From Candidatus Cloacimonadales bacterium (GTDB lineage Bacteria; Cloacimonadota; Cloacimonadia; Cloacimonadales; JAFGVF01): a stretch of DNA of 64,000 nucleotides. A program made the position numbers and the translations under genes. This document shows positions 40,949 to 51,299 of the stretch, piece by piece (positions within the stretch are counted from its first letter, which is position 1; each line of letters starts with the position of its first letter). The stretch is taken from NCBI GenBank assembly GCA_963667035.1, contig OY762964.1, positions 672,001 to 736,000 of the forward strand. The letters are read 5' to 3'. The notes under the pieces are model-generated. The model had not been told where the DNA came from and searched no databases. It saw only the letters and a list, made by a program, of their open reading frames with translations.

Positions 40949-43474
40949 ATGATAGATTTTAAAAAGAAACTTGGAAAGAAGACAATTGAGAAAAAGATTA
41001 ATCCAATAGAACTATATGATTCATTAGATAGAAGAACAGAAACTGGTCCTTTAAGACCTCCCCAAAAATATGTATTAGAAAAATGGTTTAATGATAGAAA
41101 AGAAGATAAGAATCTTATTATTAAACTTCATACTGGAGAAGGAAAAACATTAATTGGTCTTATTATTCTTCAGTCTAAATTGAATGATGGAAAAGCACCT
41201 GTCGCTTATTTGTGCCCAAATATTTATCTATCAACACAAGTAATGCAAGAAGCTGATAAATTCGGTATTCCTTATTGCTTTATTGATGAGGATAAGCAAT
41301 TGCCTTCTGATTTTATTGAAGGTAATAAAATATTGATTACACATATTCAAAAAATGTTCCATTCAAAAACTGTGTTTGGAATTGATAGTAATTCAACGGA
41401 TATTGATAGTATTATCTTAGATGATTCTCATGCATGTATTGACTCTATAAAATCATCATTTACAGTCACAATAAAAAAAGACCATGAGTTGTATGAATTT
41501 TTTATCAATATTTTTGAGGATGATTTCAGAGAACAAGGAGAAGGAAGCTTTATTGATATCAAAAATGAAGATTTTGATACAATTCTTCCACTTCCATATT
41601 GGAGTTGGATAAACAAAAAATCAGAAGTTATTGAAAAAATGGCAGAACATAAAACCTGTAATGAGCTCAAGTATTGTTGGGATTTTATTAAAGATAATAT
41701 TGAGAATTATCAGCTATTCATTTCAGGCTCTAAAATTGAAATAACGCCTTATTTCCCTCCAATTCACCATATTGGATCATTTAGTAATGCATCTCATAGA
41801 ATTCTTATGTCTGCAACAACACAAGATGATTCTTTTTTTATCAAAGGATTAGGTTTTGATGTAAAAGCAGTTCAAAATCCTTTATTGAATCCATCACAAA
41901 TTTGGTCCGGCGAAAAAATGGTTTTGATTCCTAATCTAATTGATGAAAGCCTTGATAGAAGTTTTATGATTCGATTGTTCGGAAAAGTAAGAAAAAAAAG
42001 AAGTTTTGGAACAGTTATTTTATGTAGTAGTTTTAAAAAAGCCAATGAATATTCTGAATCAGGAGCGAAAATAGCTAATTCTGATAATATGTATCAATTA
42101 ATAGCCAATTTAAAAACAGGAGAATACGATTCTTCAATAGTTTTTGCTAACCGATACGATGGTATTGACTTACCTGACAATTGTTGTAGGGTGCTTTTAA
42201 TAGATTCTTTGCCATATTTTGATTCTCTTTCAGATAAATATGAGGAGAGTTGTCTTCCTAAAAGTGATAATATAAAAAAAAAAATTGCTCAAAAAATTGA
42301 ACAAGGTTTAGGAAGATCTGTACGTGGAGAGAAAGATTTTAGTGCAATTGTTTTACTTGGGGATGATTTAGTAAGCTTTGTTAAAAGTTCAAAAACGAAG
42401 AACTACTTTTCAAATCAAACTAAAAAACAAGTTGAATTAGGTATAGATATAATGAACTATGCTAAAGAGGATTTAGATGAAGGAGTCGAACCAAGAAAAG
42501 CTCTTGTTAATGTTTTAAATCAGTTACTTCAAAGAGATGATGGGTGGAAAGCATTTTATAAAGAAGAGATGGATAAAATTTGCATTGATACACATGAGGT
42601 TGACTACTTTGAAGGATTACATCAAGAATATATAGCTGAAAAATCTTGTTATGATCAAGATTATGAAAAAGCTTTCAATATTTTCCAGAAAATAACTGAT
42701 ACAATTGCAAATGATACAGAGAAAGGATGGTATTTACAAACATTAGCTAGATATAAATACAATCTTAGTAAAAGCTCATCAAACACCCTTCAAAAAAGTG
42801 CATTCTTAAAAAATAGACAACTTTTAAAGCCAATTGATGGTATTAGTTATAAAAAAATTGAATTTATACATGAGAACAGAGTTCTTAGAATTAGAAACTG
42901 GATTAATCGTTTTATATCATACCAAGAAATGCTTATATTTATTGATGGTGTTTTTTGCAATTTAACTATAGGTACAGTTGCAGATAAGTTCGAAAAAGCT
43001 CTACAAGAAACAGGAGAAATGTTAGGTCTGTTGAGTGAGAGACCAGAAAAGGAATACAAGAAAGGTCCCGATAATCTTTGGTGTGGTATTGAAAATCACT
43101 ATTTCCTTTTCGAATGCAAAAGTGAAGTAAAAGATACGAGGAATGAAATCTATAAATACGAAGCAGGACAAATGAATAACCATTGTGGGTGGTTTGACAC
43201 AAATTATGATGGAGCTTCTGTATCAAATATTATGATAATTCCTACAAAAGATTTATCTTATCAGGCAGATTTTACTCATCCTGTAAAAATAATGAGGAAA
43301 GGGAAATTAAGAGATCTCAAATCTAATGTTAGATCTTTCTTTAAAGAATTTAAAAATTATAAACTAGAAGATATTACAGATGAGAAATTTCAATCACTAA
43401 TTGATACACATAATATTGATATCAATAGTCTTAAATCAAATTATACAGAAGAATATTACCATAAAACAAAATAG
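40949..43474 (+). CDS. SF2 helicase with C-terminal PD-(D/E)xK nuclease; Hna-like anti-phage protein
   Basis: LRPPQ, LHTGEGKT, IILDDSH, MSAT, RYDGIDLP, QGLGRSVRG; C-terminal GPDNLW...LFECK; very AT-rich. Confidence 0.7.
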   Translation: MIDFKKKLGKKTIEKKINPIELYDSLDRRTETGPLRPPQKYVLEKWFNDRKEDKNLIIKLHTGEGKTLIGLIILQSKLNDGKAPVAYLCPNIYLSTQVMQEADKFGIPYCFIDEDKQLPSDFIEGNKILITHIQKMFHSKTVFGIDSNSTDIDSIILDDSHACIDSIKSSFTVTIKKDHELYEFFINIFEDDFREQGEGSFIDIKNEDFDTILPLPYWSWINKKSEVIEKMAEHKTCNELKYCWDFIKDNIENYQLFISGSKIEITPYFPPIHHIGSFSNASHRILMSATTQDDSFFIKGLGFDVKAVQNPLLNPSQIWSGEKMVLIPNLIDESLDRSFMIRLFGKVRKKRSFGTVILCSSFKKANEYSESGAKIANSDNMYQLIANLKTGEYDSSIVFANRYDGIDLPDNCCRVLLIDSLPYFDSLSDKYEESCLPKSDNIKKKIAQKIEQGLGRSVRGEKDFSAIVLLGDDLVSFVKSSKTKNYFSNQTKKQVELGIDIMNYAKEDLDEGVEPRKALVNVLNQLLQRDDGWKAFYKEEMDKICIDTHEVDYFEGLHQEYIAEKSCYDQDYEKAFNIFQKITDTIANDTEKGWYLQTLARYKYNLSKSSSNTLQKSAFLKNRQLLKPIDGISYKKIEFIHENRVLRIRNWINRFISYQEMLIFIDGVFCNLTIGTVADKFEKALQETGEMLGLLSERPEKEYKKGPDNLWCGIENHYFLFECKSEVKDTRNEIYKYEAGQMNNHCGWFDTNYDGASVSNIMIIPTKDLSYQADFTHPVKIMRKGKLRDLKSNVRSFFKEFKNYKLEDITDEKFQSLIDTHNIDINSLKSNYTEEYYHKTK

Positions 43475-43476
43475 AT

Positions 43477-43620
43477 TTAATAAACTATCTCCGCAGTAGT
43501 CCTACACTTCCAATGAAAGGGTGGAAACGGAGTATGATTTCCAGAAACTCCAATGGGGTCACCGTTGGAGTTTCTTACTATCTGCTTATCTGAAACCCAA
43601 GTTGCCATTTCTTTGGTCAT
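43477..43620 (-). pseudogene. C-terminal remnant of a phage head-morphogenesis (Mu gpF / SPP1 gp7-like) protein
   Basis: Translates to MTKEMATWVSDKQIVRNSNGDPIGVSGNHTPFPPFHWKCRTTAEIVY*, containing PP.H..CR; stop codon in frame just upstream. Confidence 0.6.
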
Positions 43621-43832
43621 TTCTCAAGCGGATTTCAATGAATGCTTTCGTCTCCAGTCGTATAAGTGATAAAATCTTCGCAGAGTCTTTAATTTCCTTC
43701 TTCCATGAATTGTTGAGGATTTTGTAAAAATCAGACATCAATCGATCAAAAAGCATATATCAGTTAAGAATTAAAAGTTATAAGGTAAAGAGAATGGTTG
43801 ACATTCGAATAGTGGGTTTCATTTTCAAATGT

Positions 43833-44033
43833 ATGAGTAAATATAATATCATAGCGGAAAAGCCATATGCTTTCGCAATAAGAATTGTGAAGCTGTATAA
43901 ATCTTTGCAGCAAGAGAAAAGGGAATTCACGCTTTCAAAACAGATTTTGCGTGCCGGAACTTCAATTGGAACAAATGTATTAATAACAAGAGGAATGCAA
44001 TCAGACAAAGAATGTAGAGAAACAGAATACTAG
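43833..44033 (+). pseudogene. Truncated four-helix-bundle (23S IVS-protein-like) gene
   Basis: K.YAFAIRIVKLY...EF.LSKQILRAGTSIG.NV, then degenerates before the expected C-terminal helices. Confidence 0.7.
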
Positions 44034-44136
44034 CTGAGATTGCCAAAAGATGCTATCAGGACTTGACTATACTATATATTATTACTGTATAAAGAGAATA
44101 CTGAAAAGGGAATTGATTTACCGGAAAATAAGACCT

Positions 44137-44667
44137 ATGAACAATGTAAATGTTAGATATGCGACACGCATAGATGCAAGAGAAATCACAGAGTTGCAGA
44201 TTGCATGCTGGAAATCTACTTATAGAGGAATTCTACCTGACTATTTACTTGATAAATCTCAGGAACAAGTTGAGTCCGGTATTGTAAACAGAGAGAAGAG
44301 AATTGCTGAGGGTGATAATCTTGGATGGCCCAATATCGTGGCGGAATATGATAACAGAATAATTGGATGGGTTGCCGGTGGACTTAATCAGAATCCTGCT
44401 TTTCCTTATGAAGTAGATCTACAGGCTATCTACATTCTAAAAGAATTTCAAAAGCAAGGCATTGGCAGAATAATGGTTAAAGCCTTTGCAAAACTAATGC
44501 TTTATAATGGCACTAGTTCAATGATTATTTGGGTATTAAAAGATAACTGTAATGCAATACAGTTTTACTCTAGGTTAGGCGGTAAAATTATTGGAGAGAA
44601 GATGTTTCTTGATACTTATCCGTTAATAGGCTTTGGTTGGGAAGATGTTAGCGGATTGCTATACTAG
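44137..44667 (+). CDS. GNAT family N-acetyltransferase
   Basis: AIYIL.EFQKQGIGR, IWVL.DN..A..FY..LGG; start uncertain (44050 or 44137). Confidence 0.85.
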   Translation: MNNVNVRYATRIDAREITELQIACWKSTYRGILPDYLLDKSQEQVESGIVNREKRIAEGDNLGWPNIVAEYDNRIIGWVAGGLNQNPAFPYEVDLQAIYILKEFQKQGIGRIMVKAFAKLMLYNGTSSMIIWVLKDNCNAIQFYSRLGGKIIGEKMFLDTYPLIGFGWEDVSGLLY

Positions 44668-45424
44668 CTTTTAAAAGGCAAGTTGTCCAAAACTATTATA
44701 ACTGTAATGTCAGGCACAGGGTAGATTCATTACTTAGTTTTTCTTGTTCAATGAAACCATATTTCATGTATAATCTGATTGCCTGTTTGTTCTCAGTTTT
44801 AGCGAACAGAATCAAGGAAACAAGAATTTTTAGTAATGCATAAAAATCGCACATTTCTGTTTCAAATCTATATCACCGGACTCTCATTGCTCTATCATAA
44901 TACAGGGCTGAAATTTGTCCGATTCTAGAGAGTCTCTTGAGGGTCTCCTATTGAAATGGTTAAGAAACCGGTACGAATCGGGGTAGTAAATGAGGGATTT
45001 TCGATAATAATTATGATAGGACAAAGAGAGAGCATTTAACTAGTTATGAGACTTTAACCTATTGCTACTAGCTAATGATTTGCTTACCAAAAACCTACAC
45101 TTTTAAATGTGTGATTATTGTCATAAATGTTCTTATATTTGTCACGATAAAAAACTTCATGGGTACTCTTAGCAATAATAAATTCATTAAAAGCACATTA
45201 TTTGAAGTAAAGAATCACTACTCATGATCTATGATGAGTTTCTGAAGAGTAATATGGAATATATAGAAAAGTAGAATAATAACTATCAAGAGAATTGCAA
45301 ATTGTGAAAGTATTAGTGAAGTTTTATAGTTACTTTCATGTTTTATAAATTGAGTTTATAATAATTTAAGTGGCACTACTCTAACAATTATTTTATTGAC
45401 AGTAACATGAAAACTAAATAAATA

Positions 45425-45437
45425 AGAACATTGTTCT
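45425..45437. promoter_or_regulatory. Putative TetR operator
   Basis: Perfect palindrome AGAACA-T-TGTTCT just upstream of tetR; related site at 46123-46135. Confidence 0.6.
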
Positions 45438-45451
45438 CTTAAGGATGGTAA

Positions 45452-46078
45452 ATGCAGTTTAAGAAAGAATTTATGCGTAGTGCGATATTGGGGAACGCAA
45501 GAGCGGAGTTCCTTGAAAAAGGTTTTAGGGATGCAACAATTCGTTCAATTGCAAAGAGAGCTGATACTGCTCCCAGTAACATATATAATTATTATAAAAA
45601 TAAAGATGAGATATTCTGTGCAGTCTTAGAAAATTTCATGAATCGGTTTAGGATTGCACAGAAGAATTTTGAAGAGCATATATACTGTGATAACCACAAT
45701 GCAGATGCTAAACATCAACATCAGATGATTATTGATATGCTTCAGGCAATAAAGGATAATCAGACCGATTTGATACTGTTAATCGATAAATCTAAAGGAT
45801 CTTCTCATGAATTCTTTATCAGAGATGTTAATGATTGGTATATGGAGATTCTTAAGAAGGATTTAGATAATACTGTGGAGAGAATGAGTTTACCTAAAAT
45901 AAGTTTTCAAAACGATACAATGCATCTGTTATCAGGAATGGTTATTTCTTTAATTGTGACTACTATTTATGAGAATGTGGAAGCTGAGACATTATTAGAT
46001 GTTGCAAGTGAGATAAGTCAGTTCTTTGCTTCAGGTTGGCTGGGACTGATAGAGTGGAAGACTAATCAATCCGGCTAA
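45452..46078 (+). CDS. TetR/AcrR family regulator
   Basis: IL..A..EF.EKGF..ATIRSIA.RA.....NIYNYYKNKDEIF HTH. Confidence 0.9.
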   Translation: MQFKKEFMRSAILGNARAEFLEKGFRDATIRSIAKRADTAPSNIYNYYKNKDEIFCAVLENFMNRFRIAQKNFEEHIYCDNHNADAKHQHQMIIDMLQAIKDNQTDLILLIDKSKGSSHEFFIRDVNDWYMEILKKDLDNTVERMSLPKISFQNDTMHLLSGMVISLIVTTIYENVEAETLLDVASEISQFFASGWLGLIEWKTNQSG

Positions 46079-46120
46079 CTAATCAGTTAACAAAACGATA
46101 GATAATAATAACGAACATAA

Positions 46121-46137
46121 AAAGAACAATGTACTTT
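46121..46137. promoter_or_regulatory. Second putative TetR operator
   Basis: AAAGAACAATGTACTTT near-palindrome upstream of the TonB-dependent receptor gene; core 11/13 identical to 45425-45437. Confidence 0.55.
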
Positions 46138-46149
46138 ATTGGAGTGTGT

Positions 46150-48432
46150 ATGAAAAAAATGCTAATACTGTTAATGCTAATAAGCTTAACACTACTGGAA
46201 GCGGGAGAGTGGACTAGTTCAGTGAAAGGGATTATAACTGACTCGGTTACAGGATTCCCGATTCCTCACGTAATTGTTGCCTTATCAGATTCAACCCTGT
46301 CAGTGACATCTGATGAACAAGGAAACTATTCAATTGATGCAATTAAACCGGGAGTTTACACCTTTAACTTTTTCAGAATCGGTTATGATAGACAGTCTTT
46401 AGTAAACCGGATTGTAAAACCTAATAGAACTCTTCAACTTGATGTTGCATTGAATAGACGAGTATTTGCTATTGAAGGAGTAAAGGCTAAGTCACAGGAA
46501 TACTTCGCCGAAGCGTCAAATAATAAGGTCTCTACTACAGGATTTGATAATGAAGAGATTAGAAGAGCTCCCGGAGCTGCAGGAGACATAAGTAGAATGT
46601 TAACTTCTCTCCCTTCAGTATCCGGAACAGGGGGTTCTAACAATAATCTTGTAGTAAGAGGGGGAAATCCTATTGAGAATGGATTCTATGTTGATGGTAT
46701 TGAAGTACCAAATATAAGTCATTTCCCTGGGCAAGGTATAACCGGAGGACCTATAGGTCTGCTAAATGTAGATTTCATTAATAATATCAATTTTAGCTCA
46801 GGAGGCTTTAGTACTGCTTTTAACAATAAGCTCTCGTCTGTATCAGATATAGCATTCCGAACAGGTAATGATAAAAGTTACGATTACCAAGCATCTTTGG
46901 ATTTCATAGGTTATGGATTCATTGCCGAAGGTCCTATCAAGAAAGACAGAAGCTCATTCATGGTCGCATTGAGAAGGAGTTATCTTGATTTGATTACAAA
47001 TATGGTAGATTTAGGAACAACATCAGTACCTTGGTATGGAGATTTACAGGGAAAACTCTCGTTTGATATTGATAAAGAAAATAAGCTATCCGTAATATTT
47101 GTTAGTGGGGATGACCACTCCGAATCAACACGTGATATGGCGGAAGATGAAGATATGCTATATTATGGTGATCAGAATATTTATATGAACACAGTTGGTT
47201 TGAATTGGAGAAAGATGCTTGGAACAGCTACATCTCATGAACTCATGCTTTCTTGGAATTCCATGTATTATAACGAGGATTTCTTTGAACCGGCAACAGG
47301 TATGAATCTTGTTGCAAATCATTCTCATCAGCAGCAAATAACTATTAAGAATAGGTTAAGACATCAGTTTAATTCAAAGAATCTGATATCGGGAGGCTTA
47401 AGCATAAAATTGAATCTGGATGAGATTGATAATTCATACGGTGACACAATTGACCAATACGGAACGACTATTGAAGGAGAGAGTGTCAATTCTACAAGAG
47501 ATGATATAATTGCGGGAGGATATATAGAGTATGATTTGAAAACATTTGATCGTATGTCTATAAATGCAAGTATAAGTGGAGATTACTATGAGAAAAGTGA
47601 TGAATCTGCTTTCTCGGCTAGGTTTATGACTAGATATCAAGTATTTGAGAATACTTATTTTACCGGAGCATTAGGTAAGTATCATCAGGAGTTACCGTCG
47701 GTTTTGTTAGTACAGCAAGAAGAGTATCCTCTACTTAGTGCCAATCACTTTGTTATTGGTTTAGAGCAAATCATAACTCCATCACTGAAGCTTACTCTTG
47801 AAGCGTACCATAAAGAGTATTCTAATATGCCAATAGATTCTAATACACCGGAACTCTTTGTTTTGGATGAGCCGTTCTACGATAACGGTTTATATTCAAT
47901 CCATCCTAATCTGTTATCGGATGGTAAATCGTCTAGTGATGGAATAGAAGCATCTATACAAAAGAAGATGGTAGGTGATTTCTATGGGATGATTAGCGGT
48001 TCGTACTTCAAAAGTGAGTATGAAGGATTAAGTGGCAAATCTTACAGTAGAAGTTATGATAACATATATTTTGCGAATATCCAGATAGGTTATAGACCTA
48101 ATTTTAGTTGGGAATTCAGTGGTAAATGGACCTTCTCGGGAGGTGCTCCATATACTCCGTTTGATGAGGAGGCATCTATTGCTTCAGGTCAGGGAGTACT
48201 GGATACTAGCAGAATAAATAAAGAAAGATATCCTGATTATCATTCACTTGATTTGAGAATTGATAAACGAATCTTCTTTAGACAATCGTCTCTCGTAACC
48301 TATCTTTCTGTATGGAATGTCTACAATCGTAGCAATGTCGGTTCTTACTACTGGAATCCGTTTACAAATAAGCAGGATACAGTTTATAATTGGGGTATGC
48401 TTCCTGTATTGGGAATAGAGTTTGAATTCTAG
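46150..48432 (+). CDS. TonB-dependent receptor with N-terminal carboxypeptidase-regulatory-like domain
   Basis: Signal peptide; plug motif LPSV...VRGG.P.EN...VDG.E.PN..HF; GGF...SS; YHSLDLRIDK; C-terminal Phe. Confidence 0.9.
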   Translation: MKKMLILLMLISLTLLEAGEWTSSVKGIITDSVTGFPIPHVIVALSDSTLSVTSDEQGNYSIDAIKPGVYTFNFFRIGYDRQSLVNRIVKPNRTLQLDVALNRRVFAIEGVKAKSQEYFAEASNNKVSTTGFDNEEIRRAPGAAGDISRMLTSLPSVSGTGGSNNNLVVRGGNPIENGFYVDGIEVPNISHFPGQGITGGPIGLLNVDFINNINFSSGGFSTAFNNKLSSVSDIAFRTGNDKSYDYQASLDFIGYGFIAEGPIKKDRSSFMVALRRSYLDLITNMVDLGTTSVPWYGDLQGKLSFDIDKENKLSVIFVSGDDHSESTRDMAEDEDMLYYGDQNIYMNTVGLNWRKMLGTATSHELMLSWNSMYYNEDFFEPATGMNLVANHSHQQQITIKNRLRHQFNSKNLISGGLSIKLNLDEIDNSYGDTIDQYGTTIEGESVNSTRDDIIAGGYIEYDLKTFDRMSINASISGDYYEKSDESAFSARFMTRYQVFENTYFTGALGKYHQELPSVLLVQQEEYPLLSANHFVIGLEQIITPSLKLTLEAYHKEYSNMPIDSNTPELFVLDEPFYDNGLYSIHPNLLSDGKSSSDGIEASIQKKMVGDFYGMISGSYFKSEYEGLSGKSYSRSYDNIYFANIQIGYRPNFSWEFSGKWTFSGGAPYTPFDEEASIASGQGVLDTSRINKERYPDYHSLDLRIDKRIFFRQSSLVTYLSVWNVYNRSNVGSYYWNPFTNKQDTVYNWGMLPVLGIEFEF

Positions 48433-48548
48433 ATAATCAATAATATACAACTATCGGTAAAGTCTTATGCAATATTATACAATATTAAGCTTGACACGAT
48501 TGTAAAGAATAAAGTTTTATCTCTAAGATTAATCAAAAGGAGATTAAA

Positions 48549-49409
48549 ATGAAGTTTATTACTCTTGAAGAAGCGAGTAAGCTGTTAAATCTCCACCCTG
48601 AAGTAGTTAGGAAGAAAGCTAGACAGGGTGAGATTCCGGCAGTGAAACTCGGAAATGGATTAAGAGCCCCATGGCGATTTAGTCAGGAAGAGATTGAGAA
48701 GTACATTGCAGGAGAATCTGCTCCGTTGAAAGAAGCTGAGTTACATGAGAACTATCTAACAAAGCTTATTCATCAGATGAAAACAATGACAGATGAGGAG
48801 AAGATAGTTTCAGCTATTCATGAAATAGGTCTATTAGGTAGTGAAGATGCTGTGCCTGAACTAACCAGAAACTTACTGGATGACGATACTGATGATACAA
48901 TAAAATACTATTCAATCAGGGCTCTATTATTGATTCTTGGTGTGGATTCCAGAAAATATGTATACAAATACATTGATTATCCTAATCCATGGATATCAAT
49001 TGAAGTTGCCTTATACTTTGCCAAGAAAGAGTTGGATGAGAAAGCTATTGATTTTTTGAAGAAGAGCTATGCTACAAGGAAAGATTATAACTCATTGATT
49101 GCATTAGCACAAATTGATTATGAGTATGTTAAAGAGGACTTCTTAGCATTGTTTGACCATAAAGCCGTTGTATACAGATACAAAGCGTTAACTATCCTCG
49201 ATAATGTTAAGGGTGCTGATTATGAAGCAATCCTCAAATCACTTCTCACAGATAGAGAGCATAAAGTTAGACGTAAAGCAATACAGCTTGTCGGGGAGTT
49301 AAAAGTAAAGTCACTTTTACCTGATTTAACCGCTCTCTTAACCGAGAATATTACGGATGACTTTAAGAAATGTATTGGTAATTCAATTTCAGGTATGTTT
49401 AGTAGATAA
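48549..49409 (+). CDS. Excisionase-type HTH (HTH_17) fused to HEAT repeats
   Basis: TLEEAS.LL.LHPE.VR..AR.GEIPA.K.G...WRF...I..YI, then HEAT-like repeats (A..EIG......AVPEL...L.D; L..LL.D....VR.KA...VG). Confidence 0.75.
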   Translation: MKFITLEEASKLLNLHPEVVRKKARQGEIPAVKLGNGLRAPWRFSQEEIEKYIAGESAPLKEAELHENYLTKLIHQMKTMTDEEKIVSAIHEIGLLGSEDAVPELTRNLLDDDTDDTIKYYSIRALLLILGVDSRKYVYKYIDYPNPWISIEVALYFAKKELDEKAIDFLKKSYATRKDYNSLIALAQIDYEYVKEDFLALFDHKAVVYRYKALTILDNVKGADYEAILKSLLTDREHKVRRKAIQLVGELKVKSLLPDLTALLTENITDDFKKCIGNSISGMFSR

Positions 49410-49509
49410 ATAACGAGCTGTCATTGCTAATCCTTGTGACAGCTCATTGTTAAATTCAAACAAAAAAGGCAACCACATTAGTGATTGCCTTAATACTAAA
49501 CAGATATTT

Positions 49510-49818
49510 TTACAGGACAGAGTTGATTTTATCAACAAGTGCTTGTTTTGGAACTACACCAATAGTAGTATCCATAGCTTTTCCATCCTTAAAGATCATA
49601 ATGGTAGGGATGCTCATAATTCCAAATTTAGCTGCAATTTCAGGGCTGGAATCAACATTACATTTTCCAACCTTAATGTTTGGTATTTCTTGTGATATAG
49701 CATCAATATGTGGTGCTATCATTCTGCATGGTCCACACCAAGGAGCCCAAAAGTCTACTACGGTTACTCCCTCTTTTACAGTTTCTTCGAAATTAGCGGT
49801 TGTTATTTCGAGTGGCAT
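49510..49818 (-). CDS. trxA: Thioredoxin
   Basis: VDFWAPWCGPCRM, SIPT; AGGAGG RBS. Confidence 0.95.
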   Translation of the reverse strand: MPLEITTANFEETVKEGVTVVDFWAPWCGPCRMIAPHIDAISQEIPNIKVGKCNVDSSPEIAAKFGIMSIPTIMIFKDGKAMDTTIGVVPKQALVDKINSVL

Positions 49819-49950
49819 ATTCTCCTCCTATGAGTAATTTTTTCTTAACTGTAATTATTATAGTTATATTTTGTAGCAAAACAAATTCTTGTTGCAATTT
49901 TTTTTCATTTATAGAGATTTGACAATGAATTTATGTATAGGAAGTCACTA

Positions 49951-50844
49951 ATGAAAAAGAAAATAAGAAATCTGATGGAATATATACCTTTCATTATCTT
50001 AATGAAGACGTTGGCTTTAATGCCTTACAAGCTTGTCCTATGGATAATTGAGAGTTTGTTTGTTGCTGTTGGTTATGGAATTGGTATAAGAAAGGAAGTA
50101 GCTCGAAAACAATTGAGAATGGTATACCAAGATAAAACCGATAAAGAGATTAATCAGATATTGAAGAAGATGTATAAGACCATGGGCTCTACAACGGCAG
50201 AGGTCTATTTCTCATCACATGAACGAACACTTGCTAATACGGATGCAGTAGGTTTAGAGCATGTACATAAAGCTTTGGAAAAGGGTAAAGGTGTTATTTT
50301 AGCCTCTGCTCATTTTGGGAACTGGGAATCTTGTATGGATCTTTTCCTACAGGAGAATATCAAACTTACAGGAATTGCCAAAACGCAAAGAAACAGATAT
50401 TTTGATAACTACCAAAATAACTTGAGAGCAAAAAGAGGAGTAACTCATATTCCTTACAAACATGCTTTAAAGTTAACGTTAAAGCGTCTGTCAGAGAACT
50501 ATGCAATAGCTATTGTTAGTGACCAAAATGCAGGTAAGACAGGTATAAAACTTGATTTCTTAGGACATCCTGCTTCCGTTTATGTTGGACCGGCTAAGAT
50601 AGCATTAAAAACCAAGAGTCCAATAATAGTATGCGTAGCTTTGAAAGAAGACAATAGAAGAAACAAAATTGTCTTTGAAGAGCCAATCTATACTGATAAT
50701 CTAGAAAGTAATGACTCCAATATGATATTTATAACCGAACAGATTAACAGAAAACTTGAGAAATACATCTGTCAATATCCCCACCTTTGGTTTTGGGTAC
50801 ACAAACGTTGGAAAGGTGCAAATAAAGCTAGAGTAATAGATTAA
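49951..50844 (+). CDS. Lipid A/lysophospholipid acyltransferase (LpxL/HtrB family)
   Basis: AHFGNWE, DQ, FLG.PA, YP.LWFWVHKRWK. Confidence 0.88.
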   Translation: MKKKIRNLMEYIPFIILMKTLALMPYKLVLWIIESLFVAVGYGIGIRKEVARKQLRMVYQDKTDKEINQILKKMYKTMGSTTAEVYFSSHERTLANTDAVGLEHVHKALEKGKGVILASAHFGNWESCMDLFLQENIKLTGIAKTQRNRYFDNYQNNLRAKRGVTHIPYKHALKLTLKRLSENYAIAIVSDQNAGKTGIKLDFLGHPASVYVGPAKIALKTKSPIIVCVALKEDNRRNKIVFEEPIYTDNLESNDSNMIFITEQINRKLEKYICQYPHLWFWVHKRWKGANKARVID

Positions 50845-50903
50845 TAAAACAATACATACATGGATGTTACTCACAAAATGTAACTAGAGTTTGATGAATC
50901 TAC

Positions 50904-51270
50904 TTAATCAAGATTAACTAATATTATCTCATCTAATATGCCATTTTGCTCATAATGTGAATAATTGTAGATTAGTCCATAGCCTGGTGAGTAGTAGTAA
51001 TACACTTCATATTGAACCGAAGAATTATCCATGTATGAGTATAGTCTGTATTCTATGCATCTGAACTTACCCTCAGGTGTATCGATTACTTTATTCTTTG
51101 ACGTGCACTCACCTATAGTATCAGACATCATATCGTCAGCAGTATTATAAAAGACAGTCTAAGTCTCACAAATTTCAATAGGATATTTTACAAACAGATA
51201 CGTTAACTCTTCGTATAAATCAGTTTCATTGCCTAAAACTCTTTTAGGTTGATTAAGTGATTGTACCCCT
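50904..51270 (-). pseudogene. Decayed tandem paralogue of the adjacent lipoprotein
   Basis: YLFVKYPIEICET*TVFYN...TPEGKFRCIEYR...YYYSPGYGLI parallels YLIAKYPIAYEEEWVLMYN...TPAGVFNCIVYR...YYYAENVGLV; TAG at 51159-51161 replaces Trp; N-terminus missing. Confidence 0.75.
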
Positions 51271-51299
51271 ATTTTCTACCGAATGGATCATAATTCCAC

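Noticed and set aside
43833..44033. Four-helix-bundle gene as Avd of a diversity-generating retroelement
   Set aside because: No reverse transcriptase and no TR/VR pair with adenine-specific mismatches seen; the 32.8/63.2-kb repeat pair differs at all base types.
51159..51161. In-frame TAG as pyrrolysine
   Set aside because: Corresponds to Trp in the adjacent paralogue (TGG to TAG) and the gene also lacks its N-terminus: pseudogene.
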